IMG/VR virus record: IMGVR_UViG_3300046167_000733
Location: 43,777 to 107,776 of that record
Source: a virus
Reading direction: 5' to 3' (one strand)
Length of the DNA stretch: 64,000 nucleotides
The position numbers and the translations under genes are program-made. The notes under the pieces were generated by a model. The model did not search any database and was not told the DNA's origin. It was given only the letters and a program-made list of their open reading frames with translations. Below are positions 43,587-54,160 of the stretch, one piece after another; within the stretch, counting starts at the first letter, position 1, and each line of letters begins with the position of its first letter.

Positions 43587-43589
43587 GAA

Positions 43590-44366
43590 ATGGCGAAACC
43601 ACAGTCAAGGAACCAACTGATAGATTACTGCCTTCGTAGGTTAGGTCACCCTGTCATTGAAATTAATATTGATGACGAACAGATAGAAGACCGACTTGAC
43701 GATGCGTTACAGATGTTCATGGAATACAATAGTGAAGGTAGTTCAAGGATTGCTCAGTTTGTAGAGATAACTTCTACAATGATAAGTAACGGATACATAG
43801 ATTTAAATACGGCATTTGGTGGTGCATACAACGATAGAATACTTAGTGTCAATCGTGTATTTCCTATTAACAGTGCAACATCGTCTGTAAACTTCTTTGA
43901 TATAAAATATCAGATGAGATTGAATGACTTAACAGACTTACACACAGGTATCGGTGACCTTGCCTATCTAGAACAGATGGAACAGTATCTCTCTACAATT
44001 GATTTGAAACTCACAGGTCACCCTCAAGTAAACTTTAATCGTATTGATGCGAAACTCTATATCCAAGGCGACCTTGGTTCAGGGGGAGAACTCATTGCAG
44101 GAAATAAGATTATGGTAGAGATGTTTGTATCTACCGCAACTTCTCTTGCAAATGTATATAACAATATGTTTGTAAAAGAATATACGACTGCATTACTGAA
44201 ACTGCAGTGGGGTGAGAACCTTGTCAAGTTTGATGGTATCACATTGCCAGGTGGTGTTACACTAAACGGTAGACAGATTGTGGAAGACGCAAAACAAGAA
44301 ATAGAAATCATAAGACAAAGACTATATAACGAGTATGACACACCTGTAGATTTCTTCGTAGGATAG
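43590..44366 (+). CDS. 13: neck protein gp13
   Basis: LIDYCLRRLGHPVIEINID..QIED and QWGENLVKFDGITLPGGVTLNG motifs. Confidence 0.95.
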   Translation: MAKPQSRNQLIDYCLRRLGHPVIEINIDDEQIEDRLDDALQMFMEYNSEGSSRIAQFVEITSTMISNGYIDLNTAFGGAYNDRILSVNRVFPINSATSSVNFFDIKYQMRLNDLTDLHTGIGDLAYLEQMEQYLSTIDLKLTGHPQVNFNRIDAKLYIQGDLGSGGELIAGNKIMVEMFVSTATSLANVYNNMFVKEYTTALLKLQWGENLVKFDGITLPGGVTLNGRQIVEDAKQEIEIIRQRLYNEYDTPVDFFVG

Positions 44367-44369
44367 ACA

Positions 44370-45242
44370 ATGGCAACGAGTAAGTATTTCAAACACAATG
44401 TAAGGTCAGAACAGTCCCTCGTAGAAAGTCTAGTGATTGAATCACTTCAGTTCTATGGACAAGACCTATACTATCTACCAAGAGAGATAGTCAACAAGGA
44501 CAAAGTATTCCTTGATGATGTACCTTCACGATTTGGTGAAGCATACAAGATTGAGATGTATCTTGATGGTAATCAGTTTGAAGGAGAGGGTCAACTCTTC
44601 CAGAAGTTTGGTATTGAAATAAGAGATACTGCTACCTTTGTTGTTTCCATAAAGAGATGGAAAGAACTGATTGGTCGTAAACTCACAGAGAATAACTTCA
44701 GACCTCGCGAAGGTGACTTGATATATCTTCCGATGTCCAACTCTATATTTGAGATAATGAAGTGTAACAACTATGACCCATTCTTCCAACTTGGTCAACT
44801 CCCAACATACAAACTTACTTGTGAGTTGTTCGAGTACAACGACGAAGACTTCGATACCAACATTGCGAATATAGACAACATCGAAGCAGATGGTGCGTTC
44901 CAATATAAGTTGACATTCGGTGGGGACTCTGCCTCTGGTTTCATAATAGGTGAAACAGTAACACAAGCATTCAGTACATATTCTATGAAGGGTGAGATTA
45001 CTCGTTGGAGTGACTCTGACAATGTTATGCATGTTGCTCACGCAGGTTCAACAGACGGAACTTTCAAAGAGTTTGGTACGACTAAACTTGTGACAGGGGC
45101 AACAAGTAACAAGTCTGCAACACCTACTCTCGTTCAGGAACTACAGAAAATACAAAACGATGCGCAGAATAAAATCTTTGATGACTTTGAGTCAGACTTC
45201 TTAGACTTCTCAGAGAGTAACCCATTCGGAGATATGCAATAA
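44370..45242 (+). CDS. 14: neck protein gp14
   Basis: EQSLVESLVIESLQFYGQDLYYLPR, RPREGDLIYLP, PFFQLG and LDFSESNPFG motifs. Confidence 0.95.
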   Translation: MATSKYFKHNVRSEQSLVESLVIESLQFYGQDLYYLPREIVNKDKVFLDDVPSRFGEAYKIEMYLDGNQFEGEGQLFQKFGIEIRDTATFVVSIKRWKELIGRKLTENNFRPREGDLIYLPMSNSIFEIMKCNNYDPFFQLGQLPTYKLTCELFEYNDEDFDTNIANIDNIEADGAFQYKLTFGGDSASGFIIGETVTQAFSTYSMKGEITRWSDSDNVMHVAHAGSTDGTFKEFGTTKLVTGATSNKSATPTLVQELQKIQNDAQNKIFDDFESDFLDFSESNPFGDMQ

Positions 45243-46024
45243 TGTTTGGTGGTCATTTTTATCACAAGAGAGTTAGAACTGCGGTTTCCGTATTCGGTTC
45301 TCTGTTCAATAATATTAAGGTGATTAGAACCAATGCGTCTAATCAAGTTATATCTCAGGTAAAGGTTCCCCTGTCATATGCACCTAAAAGAAACTTCCTT
45401 GCTCGTATAGAAGATATGGCAAATGGAGAAGGTGCAGAACGTAAGGTCGCAATTAAGTTACCACGTATGTCATTCGAGATTACAAATATGGTATATGATG
45501 CAACTCGTCAGTTACCTAAGATGAATACATTGTCAACAGCAATCGCAAATAGTGTGGTGACAAGACAGAAACTCTATGCCGCGACACCTTATACAATATC
45601 TTTTCAGTTGAATGTATATGCAAAGAACCAAGATGATGCACTACAGATTGTAGAACAGATACTCCCTTACTTCACACCACAATATACTGTGACAGTAAAA
45701 CCCTTTACCGACATACCCACATTACTTGAAGATGTTCCTATCAGTCTCGGTAGTGTTGTGATGCAAGACAACTTTGAGGGTGCGTTGGGTGATAGAAGGA
45801 CAATCGTATATTCACTAGACTTTGATATGAAGATACTATTACATGGACCCCTGTCAGATGACGGACAGAAAATCATTCGTGATGTTCGTACAAACTATTT
45901 CTTACAGGGTGCAGACTCAGACGAATACCTACATACTACTAAGTTACTTCCTACACCTAATGGAGTGGGTGTGGACAGTGACTTTGGATTTACATTAACC
46001 TATATGGATAGCGATGGATTGTAA
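45242..46024 (+). CDS. 15: tail sheath stabiliser / terminator gp15
   Basis: FGSLFNNI, KVPLSYAPK, LPRMSFE and DALQIVEQILPYFTP motifs. Confidence 0.95.
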   Translation: MFGGHFYHKRVRTAVSVFGSLFNNIKVIRTNASNQVISQVKVPLSYAPKRNFLARIEDMANGEGAERKVAIKLPRMSFEITNMVYDATRQLPKMNTLSTAIANSVVTRQKLYAATPYTISFQLNVYAKNQDDALQIVEQILPYFTPQYTVTVKPFTDIPTLLEDVPISLGSVVMQDNFEGALGDRRTIVYSLDFDMKILLHGPLSDDGQKIIRDVRTNYFLQGADSDEYLHTTKLLPTPNGVGVDSDFGFTLTYMDSDGL

Positions 46025-46365
46025 TGAGTGAAGAAAAAACTATTAAAGCGGATTATGAATATTCGCGTGATACATATTATGAGTTGATAGAAAAAGGTCG
46101 GGAGTCATTAGACTTGATGATTGAAGTTGCGCGTGAGAGTGAACACCCTCGTGCCTTCGAAGTCCTATCAAATATGATAAAAGGTATCGCAGATGTAAAC
46201 GATAAGTTGATGGACTTGAATAAGAAGAACAAGGACATCAATAAAGAAGAGGTTGTTCAGGATGCCAAGACGGTAACTAATAATCTTTTTGTGGGAACAA
46301 CAACAGACCTACAGAGACTGATACAGAATGAAAGTAAAGTGATAGATGTTGAACCAGAGGAATGA
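46024..46365 (+). CDS. 16: terminase small subunit gp16
   Basis: DYEYSR...LIEKG...A.ESEHPRAFEV...NNLFVGTTTDLQ. Confidence 0.93.
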   Translation: MSEEKTIKADYEYSRDTYYELIEKGRESLDLMIEVARESEHPRAFEVLSNMIKGIADVNDKLMDLNKKNKDINKEEVVQDAKTVTNNLFVGTTTDLQRLIQNESKVIDVEPEE

Positions 46366-47940
46366 TACTTACCTCGGTAACATAAATGTTAAACGAGATG
46401 GTGTCCAACATAATTTTACAGAAGAAGAAGTAAAAGAATACGTCAGGTGTTCTAAAGACCCTGTTTACTTCTGTAAGAAATATCTTAAAGTAATATCCCT
46501 TGATGAAGGACTAGTCCCGTTTGACTTGTATCCATACCAAGAGAAGATGTTCGAACACTTCAATAATAATCGTTTCTCTATCGTACTTGCCTGTAGACAA
46601 AGTGGTAAGTCAATCAGTTCAGGTCGGATACATATTATGGTATGCTTGTTTTCATAGTGAGAAGACTATTGCGATACTTGCAAACAAAGGTGCGACTGCA
46701 AGAGAGATGTTGTCACGGGTCACACTTATGTTAGAGAACCTACCTTTCTTTCTTCAAACAGGATGTAAGGCACTCAACAAAGGTTCGATAGAGTTCAGTA
46801 ATAACTCTCGTATCATTGCGAGTGCGACCAGTGGTAGTTCTATTCGTGGTATGTCAGTGAACCTATTGTTCCTAGACGAATTTGCGTTTGTGGAAAGAGC
46901 AAACGAGTTCTACACTTCTACCTATCCTGTTGTATCTGCGGGTAAGGATACTAAGGTTATCATTACCTCTACCGCAAATGGTATTGGTAATACGTATCAT
47001 AAGATATGGGAAGGTGCGGTACAGAAAGACAAATGAGTTTATTCCGTTTACCGTAAACTGGCATGATGTTCCTGGACGAGATGAGGAATGGAAACGACAG
47101 ACAATCGCAAACACATCCAAACTTCAGTTTGACCAAGAGTTTGGTAACACCTTCTTTGGTACAGGTGATACTCTCATCAATGCCGAGACATTGTTGTCAT
47201 TCCGCGCAAAACCACCCGAACGATATGCCGAAGGTGGCGACCTATTGGTCTATAATGAACCTATCAATGGTCACGAATATATCATGACCGTTGATGTGGC
47301 GAAAGGAAGGGGTCAGGACTTTTCTACCTTTACGGTAATCGACATTAGCAAAAGACCTTTTTCACAGGTTGCTGTTTATCGCAATAATAATATATCTCCG
47401 TTTCTCTTCCCTACACTTATATATAAGTATGGTAAACTCTACAATGACGCATATGTAATCGTAGAATCAAATGACCAAGGTACAGTAGTTTGTAATGGTT
47501 TGTATCAGGATATGGAATACGACAACATTCATTTGGAGAGTGTTATCAAGGCAGACCGTATCGGGATTGAAATGAACCGTAAAGTAAAACGACTTGGGTG
47601 TACCGCAATCAAAGATATCCTTGAACATAATAAACTAGAGATTGTAGATGAACATACTATACTGGAGATATCCACATTCACCTCAAGGAAGAACTCATAT
47701 GCCGCGTCAGATGGCAACCACGATGACTTAATGATGAACCTCGTAATGTTTGGTTACTTTGTATCAACCCAATACTTCTCAGATATGACAGATATAAATC
47801 TAAAGGAGATGATGTTTGCAAATAGAATGAAGGTAATAGAAGATGATGTACCTGCTGTAGGGTTTATTGATGATGGACTTGATGATACGCCACAAGGAGA
47901 AAAACCCAACTCTATATGGCAAACTGTAGATGAATGGTAA
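46346..47940 (+). CDS. 17: terminase large subunit gp17 (two probable indel errors near 46620 and 47028)
   Basis: Walker A RQSGKS, LFLDEFAFV, IITSTANG, VDVAKGRGQDFS and HDDLMM are spread over three consecutive frames. Confidence 0.95.
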
Positions 47941-47961
47941 TAATCTATAATATATTGTTTG

Positions 47962-47969
47962 TATAAATA
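47962..47969 (+). promoter_or_regulatory. late promoter TATAAATA for gp18-gp19
   Basis: Exact consensus in the intergenic region. Confidence 0.75.
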
Positions 47970-48032
47970 GAAGTATTGAAACAAAAAACGTATTATGATA
48001 ACTTATAATTAGATAACTATAAAGGAAAAGTA

Positions 48033-49802
48033 ATGGCACTTTTTACACCCTCTGCTTCCCCTGCTGTAACAGTTAAAGAAATTGACCTAACGGGAACCGT
48101 CCCTAATGTTCAAACTTCAACTGGTGCAATAGTCGGGAATTTCGGATGGGGTCCAGTTGGCGAAGCAAAATTAGTCTCAGATGAGACAGGTCTTGTTACT
48201 GCATTCTCTGCACCCACAGACGATAACTCGGTAGATTTTCATTCTGCCGCATATTTCTTACGTTATTCCAACTCTTTGTTTGTTGTTCGTGAACAAGATA
48301 CAGATGCAAGGAATGCCGTAGCAAACCACAGTACATTAGGTACTCTCACAACTCAAGCACTAAACACTCTAGACGCATTTGAAAATGCAACGATTGATTC
48401 ATCGGATGGTGTTTTCCTTGCGAAATATCCAGGCGTATTAGGAAACTCATTAAAAGTTTCTATGATTGGTACTCACTCAGACAGTAGTACAAAAGCATTT
48501 GATGCATGGACATATAAGTCAAACTTTGACGCAAAACCTGCAACTTCATCTTTCGTATCTGCATTAGGCGGTAAGAATGACGAAGTACATATTGCGGTCA
48601 TCGACGAAGATGGTCTTATTTCAGGAACTGCTAACACAGTACTTGAAACATTCCCATTTGTATCAGTTGCAAAGAACGCAAAGAACTCAGAAGGTTCATC
48701 AATATACTTTAAAGATGTATTGAAGAATCAGTCTCAGTGGGTCTATGCAGGTGTTGGACATAGAATCGGTAGTGCATCTGTTGATTCATCAGACTTCATC
48801 GGTGCTCAATGGGGCAATAATGCCACAACAGGCGCAGAAGACTTTGCCGCATCATTCCCTGCAGAACTTGCACAATCTGATTGGTCACTTAAAGGTGGTG
48901 TTACATCTGCTTCATTAGGAACAGACGATATTCTTCGAGGATACGACAAGTTCGAAGACGCAGACAACATTGAAGTAGACTTCTTGATTGCTCCACAATC
49001 AGTATCAACATCAGATGCAACAACAGTTGTGAATGACCTTATCGCTTCTGCAGAAGCACGTAAAGATTGTGTTGCAGTAGCATCACCTTCACGTACTGCA
49101 GTTGTAACAACAGGTACAAATGCCGCAGTTCTCACATGTAACAACACATACACCAAGTCAACTTACTTCGTACAAGATAATAACTTCTTGAAAGTATATG
49201 ACAAGTATAACGATAAGTACATCAAGATACCTGCCGCTTCATCAACCGCAGGACTTATGGCGGCAACAGACTTAGTTGCGGCACGTTGGTTCTCACCTGC
49301 AGGTTCAAGACGTGGTAGATATCTCGGAATAACAGATATCGTTCTTTCTCCTACAAAGGCAGAGAGAGATGCGTTATACAAAGTAGGTATCAACCCAATA
49401 GCAAATATTCCTGCAGAAGGAGTTATGTTGTTTGGTGATAAAACAAATGCTTCAAGACCAACAGCATTCGATAGAATAAATGTTCGTAGGTTGTTTTTGG
49501 GTATAGAACGCGCAATAGGTGCGGCAGGAAGAAACTTAATGTTTGAATTCAATGACGAGTTTACTCGTGCAGAGTTCGTGAACATTGTAGAACCATTCCT
49601 ACGCGAGATTAAAGGTCGTCGTGGACTTACAGACTTTAAAGTCATATGCGATGCATCTAACAATCCTCCTAGTGTCGTTGAAGCAAACAAATTTGTTGCA
49701 AACATCTTCATCAAACCATCACACTCAATCAACTATGTAACACTTAACTTTGTTGCTGTTAGAACAGGTGTCGAGTTTGAAGAAGTCGTTGGTACGGTTT
49801 AA
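48033..49802 (+). CDS. 18: tail sheath protein gp18
   Basis: SPAVTVKEIDLT, WFSPAG..RG, FGDKT, FDRINVRRLF and FEFNDEFTR motifs. Confidence 0.97.
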   Translation: MALFTPSASPAVTVKEIDLTGTVPNVQTSTGAIVGNFGWGPVGEAKLVSDETGLVTAFSAPTDDNSVDFHSAAYFLRYSNSLFVVREQDTDARNAVANHSTLGTLTTQALNTLDAFENATIDSSDGVFLAKYPGVLGNSLKVSMIGTHSDSSTKAFDAWTYKSNFDAKPATSSFVSALGGKNDEVHIAVIDEDGLISGTANTVLETFPFVSVAKNAKNSEGSSIYFKDVLKNQSQWVYAGVGHRIGSASVDSSDFIGAQWGNNATTGAEDFAASFPAELAQSDWSLKGGVTSASLGTDDILRGYDKFEDADNIEVDFLIAPQSVSTSDATTVVNDLIASAEARKDCVAVASPSRTAVVTTGTNAAVLTCNNTYTKSTYFVQDNNFLKVYDKYNDKYIKIPAASSTAGLMAATDLVAARWFSPAGSRRGRYLGITDIVLSPTKAERDALYKVGINPIANIPAEGVMLFGDKTNASRPTAFDRINVRRLFLGIERAIGAAGRNLMFEFNDEFTRAEFVNIVEPFLREIKGRRGLTDFKVICDASNNPPSVVEANKFVANIFIKPSHSINYVTLNFVAVRTGVEFEEVVGTV

Positions 49803-49815
49803 GGAGATATAGACA

Positions 49816-50343
49816 ATGGCAATATTAGGCGTAGATGACTTTAAGTCCAAACTCAGAGGCGGGGGCGCACGTCCCAATCTCTTCAAAGCAACTGTTAACT
49901 TTCCTGCATATGCAGGTGGTGATGTAGAACTCACTTCCTTCTTATGTAAGTCTGCTCAACTCCCTGCTTCAACAATAGCGGCACTTGCTGTTCCATTTCG
50001 TGGTAGAACACTACAGATGGCAGGAGACAGGACATTCGAACCTTGGTCACCAACTATCATTAACGATACAGATTTCTCAATCCGTAACGCAATGGAAAGA
50101 TGGATGAACGGTATGAATGGACACTCTGCTAACACAGGTATCACAAACCCTGTTGATTATCAAGCAGACCTTATCGTTGAACAGTTAGATAAAGACGGTT
50201 CTACTTTGAAGACATACAACTTCAGAGGTTGTTTCCCAACAAGTGTATCAGCAATCGACCTTTCGTATGAAACGAATGACGCGATTGAAGAGTTTACTGT
50301 TGAATTCCAAATCCAGTATTGGGAATCAGGAACAACTTCTTAA
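49816..50343 (+). CDS. 19: tail tube protein gp19
   Basis: GGGARPNLF, PFRGR...AGDRTFEPW and IEEFTVEFQ motifs. Confidence 0.97.
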   Translation: MAILGVDDFKSKLRGGGARPNLFKATVNFPAYAGGDVELTSFLCKSAQLPASTIAALAVPFRGRTLQMAGDRTFEPWSPTIINDTDFSIRNAMERWMNGMNGHSANTGITNPVDYQADLIVEQLDKDGSTLKTYNFRGCFPTSVSAIDLSYETNDAIEEFTVEFQIQYWESGTTS

Positions 50344-50379
50344 TTAGTTATAGTTAATCTGATTATAAGTATATGAATA

Positions 50380-50402
50380 GGGACGGGGTTATTCCCCGTC
50401 TC
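50380..50402 (+). terminator. GC-rich hairpin after gp19 (terminator or processing stem)
   Basis: GACGGGG-TTATT-CCCCGTC with only a weak U tail. Confidence 0.5.
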
Positions 50403-50437
50403 TTATACCGAAGGGAACTTAGAAATAGGAAAATATA

Positions 50438-51958
50438 ATGGCAGACGACAATAGTATTTTAAGACTATTTGGATTTGAACTCAAAAGAGCAAAATCAAAT
50501 CTAGAAAATGACAAAGATAAGAAATTAGAAAAACTGCGTTCTGTAGTTGCACCTGTCGATGATGATGGTGCAGGTTACATAACCGCGTCTGGTTCACATT
50601 ACGGTCAATACATTGACATGGATGGTGGACAGGCAAAAGACAATCATCAGTTAGTGATGAAGTATAGGGGTGTAGCAACTCACCCAGAAGTAGATGCCGC
50701 GATAGAAGATATCGTGAACGAATCAATAGTAGGTAGTGAACTTGAGTCACCTGTATCACTAAACCTAGACAAAATAAAAGCACCCGATAAAATCAAGCAC
50801 GACATGCAGGAAGAGTTCACAAAGATATGTTCTATGTTAAAGTTCAATGATTTGGGACACGACATATTCCGTTCATTCTATGTAGATGGTCGAGCATATT
50901 TTCATTTAATCGCAGACGAAAAGAATTTAAAGTTAGGTATCCAAGAGATACGTCCTGTTGACTCATCAAAGATAAGAAAAGTAAAAGAAGTATCATATAA
51001 AAAAGATGTTGCTACAAATGCAAAAATCATTGATAAAGTAAATGAGTTTTATATATTCCAAGAACGTTCAGGTGGTACTCAGGGTGTAAGACTTTCGCCC
51101 GACTCAGTATCCTATGTGACATCAGGGTTACTTGACCCAAGTAAGAAACAGGTTGTGTCTTATTTACATAAAGCATTAAAACCGATTAACCAGTTAAGAA
51201 TGATGGAAGACAGTCTGGTTATTTATCGTCTCGCGCGTGCACCCGAAAGACGTATATTCTATATTGACGTGGGTAACATGCCACGTAATAAATCAGAAGC
51301 ATATATGAAAGACATAATGTCTCGTTATAGAAACAAGTTAGTCTATGATGCAAACACAGGTAATCTCAAAGATGACCGTAAGCATATGTCTATGCTAGAA
51401 GACTTCTGGTTACCAAGACGAGAAGGTGGTAGAGGTACAGAGATTACTACACTTCCAGGTGGAGAGAACCTCGGACAGATTGATGACATCGTATACTTCC
51501 AGAAGAGAATGTATAGGTCATTAAATGTTCCGTTAAGTAGACTAGAACAAGAGAGTCAGTTCTCCCTTGGTAGGTCTACAGAGATTAATCGTGATGAAGT
51601 CAAGTTCCAAAAGTTCATTGACAGATTGCGCAAAAGATTTTCAATGTTGTTCACAGGTATATTGAAGAAGCAACTTCTTCTTAAAAACCTTATAACAGAA
51701 CAAGATTGGGAAAGTTGGAAGAACGATATTCAAGTTGACTTCCAAAGAGATAACCATTTCACAGAACTAAAGAATGCAGAAGTATTACAAAACCGTATAA
51801 ATGTTCTTGACCAAGTGTCACAATATGTAGGTGAATACTTCTCTCGTGAATGGGTTATGAAGAATGTCATGATGATGAGTGATGACGATATTAACGAAAT
51901 GAAAGACCAAGTTGAAGGCGAAAACTCCGTCGAAGATTCAGAAGAAGATGAGGAATAA
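50438..51958 (+). CDS. 20: portal protein gp20
   Basis: SYLHKALKPINQLRMMEDSLVIYRLARAPERRIFYIDVGN and EDFWLPRREGGRGTEITTLPGG motifs. Confidence 0.98.
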   Translation: MADDNSILRLFGFELKRAKSNLENDKDKKLEKLRSVVAPVDDDGAGYITASGSHYGQYIDMDGGQAKDNHQLVMKYRGVATHPEVDAAIEDIVNESIVGSELESPVSLNLDKIKAPDKIKHDMQEEFTKICSMLKFNDLGHDIFRSFYVDGRAYFHLIADEKNLKLGIQEIRPVDSSKIRKVKEVSYKKDVATNAKIIDKVNEFYIFQERSGGTQGVRLSPDSVSYVTSGLLDPSKKQVVSYLHKALKPINQLRMMEDSLVIYRLARAPERRIFYIDVGNMPRNKSEAYMKDIMSRYRNKLVYDANTGNLKDDRKHMSMLEDFWLPRREGGRGTEITTLPGGENLGQIDDIVYFQKRMYRSLNVPLSRLEQESQFSLGRSTEINRDEVKFQKFIDRLRKRFSMLFTGILKKQLLLKNLITEQDWESWKNDIQVDFQRDNHFTELKNAEVLQNRINVLDQVSQYVGEYFSREWVMKNVMMMSDDDINEMKDQVEGENSVEDSEEDEE

Positions 51959-51962
51959 AAAA

Positions 51963-52175
51963 ATGAGTAATGAAGCATTAGCACAACTAATAGACCATAT
52001 AGGTGATGGTGAACTAAATAAGGCACAAGATATGTTTAGTTCTATATTACAGGACAAACAATCAAGTGCATTAGAGTCACAGAGAGTATCTGTTGCAGGA
52101 CAAATCTTTAATGGAGATGTTCCAGATGCCGATATGGAGATATCTGACGAAGAAATAGTCGCAGAAATAGAATAA
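51963..52175 (+). CDS. 67: prohead core protein (gp67-like)
   Basis: Small acidic ORF directly after the portal gene; synteny. Confidence 0.6.
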   Translation: MSNEALAQLIDHIGDGELNKAQDMFSSILQDKQSSALESQRVSVAGQIFNGDVPDADMEISDEEIVAEIE

Positions 52176-52203
52176 AATAGTTAATTTTATAAAAATAAAT
52201 TTG

Positions 52204-52211
52204 TATAAATA
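52204..52211 (+). promoter_or_regulatory. late promoter TATAAATA
   Basis: Exact consensus just before the ATG at 52217. Confidence 0.7.
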
Positions 52212-52216
52212 GAAGT

Positions 52217-52429
52217 ATGAAAACTTATAAAAACCTCATAACAGAACTTGCGGGTCGTAAACCAGAAGGAAAGGTTGTCTTCAAAAAGACAATCAATAAA
52301 ATCCCTGTACTTGTGACTCAAGGAAAAGATGGTTTTGTTGCGTATGTTGATGGTGACCACTTAGACCACTACGACAACTTAAATAACGCAAAGAAGGCAA
52401 TCGACAAAGTTATAAAGGAATTGACCTAA
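52217..52429 (+). CDS. small prohead-region protein (gp68 position)
   Basis: MKTYKNLITE N-terminus typical of T4-like capsid-targeted proteins; synteny. Confidence 0.55.
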   Translation: MKTYKNLITELAGRKPEGKVVFKKTINKIPVLVTQGKDGFVAYVDGDHLDHYDNLNNAKKAIDKVIKELT

Positions 52430-53091
52430 TGAAGTTAATTACAGAATTTACAGAGAACGAAACACTAAAGTGTCTCGTAGAGAAAAAAGAAGATGGCGAA
52501 AAGAAATACGTTATAGAAGGCGTTTTCGCACAAGCAGATAAAAAGAATAGAAACGGACGAGTTTATCCTAAACCGATTATGGAAAAGGCAGTAAACAAGT
52601 ACGTGGAAACCCAAGTTAGTAAGAAACGTGCGGTAGGGGAACTTAATCACCCCGAAGGACCAACTGTTAACTTGGATAAAGTTTCTCACCTAATCACCGA
52701 CCTCAAATTAGAGGGAGTTGATGTGGTAGGAAAGGCACAAATATTGGATACTCCAATGGGTAAGATTGTTAAAGGTCTGCTCGATGGTGGTGTACAACTA
52801 GGTGTGTCAACTCGTGGTATGGGTAGTCTTGAGAAAAAGGGTGACGCAATGGTCGTGAAAGACGACTTTATTCTTAGTACGGTTGACATCGTACAAGACC
52901 CATCAGCACCAGATGCTTTTGTTAATGGTATAATGGAAGGTGTTGATTGGATTTGGGATAACGGTGTCCTTAAACCTCAAGTAATTGAACAAATGGAGAT
53001 TGAAATTAAGAATGCTCCGAAGACTGTCTTATATGAGACAAGTGTTCGAGAGTTTAAGAATTTCCTCTCGTTACTAAAATCTAATATGTAA
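52429..53091 (+). CDS. 21: prohead protease gp21
   Basis: NRNGRVYP, GELNHP, GVSTRGMGS and DIVQDPSAPDAFV motifs. Confidence 0.97.
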   Translation: MKLITEFTENETLKCLVEKKEDGEKKYVIEGVFAQADKKNRNGRVYPKPIMEKAVNKYVETQVSKKRAVGELNHPEGPTVNLDKVSHLITDLKLEGVDVVGKAQILDTPMGKIVKGLLDGGVQLGVSTRGMGSLEKKGDAMVVKDDFILSTVDIVQDPSAPDAFVNGIMEGVDWIWDNGVLKPQVIEQMEIEIKNAPKTVLYETSVREFKNFLSLLKSNM

Positions 53092-53101
53092 AGGAGTCAT
53101 T

Positions 53102-54148
53102 ATGACTGAAAAACATGAAGACCTCGACGATGTAGTAACAGACGAAATCGTTGAACAAACTCTCGAAGAGATGGACGGTAAAGCACCTGCTCCTAAAGAA
53201 GACCCCGACGCAACTTCTCCCGAAGATGCCGTTGCTTCTGTGGATAAAGTAGAAAAAGATGCTCCTGCTCCTATCAAGAAAGTCCACCCGAAAACAAAAG
53301 CGGGTATGATTAGTGCAATGACTGACAAAATGCTTAAAATGACCAAAAAGGACATGGAAGAGATGTATGGCAGTTACAATACTGAATCAGTAGATATGGA
53401 AGATAGTGAAGTTGTTGTTGAAACAACTGTAGATACTTCTGCTGAGTTAGACGCACTAGTTGAGTCTGAAGCAACTCTTTCCGAAGAGTTTAAGCAAAAA
53501 ACCGCAATACTTTTTGAAAGTGCATTAAAATCTAAGTTGTCAGAAGAAGTTGACAGATTAGAAGCACAATACAAATCAGAGTTAGCAGAAGAAGTATCTT
53601 CAACTAAATCTGACCTTGTTGAAAAAGTGGACAACTACCTGAACTATGTAGTTGAAACTTGGATGGAAGACAACAAACTTGCAGTGCAGAATGGTCTGCG
53701 CACAGAGATTGCTGAAACTTTCATGGAGAAAATGAAAGACCTCTTCACAGAGTCTTACATTGATGTTCCAGAATCTAAAGTTGACCTAGTTGATGAACTT
53801 GCTGAGTCTGTAGATGAGTTGGAAACAAAACTCAATGAACAAACACAGAAAGTAATCGACACTACAGTAGAACTAGAAGGATACAAGAGAAACACGATTA
53901 TTCGTGAAGCATCTCGTGACCTTGCTGAAACTCAAGTTGAAAAACTTAAGTCACTCGTTGAAGACGTTGATTTTGGAAGTGAAGAAATCTTTGCTGAAAA
54001 AGTAAACACAATCAAAGAGTCATATTTCAGTAAAATAATCAAAGAAGAAGTAAGTCAAGACATTGCAGAAGACGCTGACCAAACGGTTGAAGTTTCTGAC
54101 ACGATGGGTTCTTACCTCTCCGCAATTCGTAAAACAGCATTAAAATAA
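53102..54148 (+). CDS. 22: prohead scaffold gp22
   Basis: LSEEFKQKTAILFESA and KVDNYLNYVVETWM.DN motifs; acidic coiled coil. Confidence 0.95.
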   Translation: MTEKHEDLDDVVTDEIVEQTLEEMDGKAPAPKEDPDATSPEDAVASVDKVEKDAPAPIKKVHPKTKAGMISAMTDKMLKMTKKDMEEMYGSYNTESVDMEDSEVVVETTVDTSAELDALVESEATLSEEFKQKTAILFESALKSKLSEEVDRLEAQYKSELAEEVSSTKSDLVEKVDNYLNYVVETWMEDNKLAVQNGLRTEIAETFMEKMKDLFTESYIDVPESKVDLVDELAESVDELETKLNEQTQKVIDTTVELEGYKRNTIIREASRDLAETQVEKLKSLVEDVDFGSEEIFAEKVNTIKESYFSKIIKEEVSQDIAEDADQTVEVSDTMGSYLSAIRKTALK

Positions 54149-54160
54149 GGAAGTATCACA

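Noticed and set aside
46346-47940. Three-piece terminase as an intron, intein or programmed recoding
   Set aside because: The pieces abut with single-base offsets and no inserted sequence; the same error type occurs throughout the contig.
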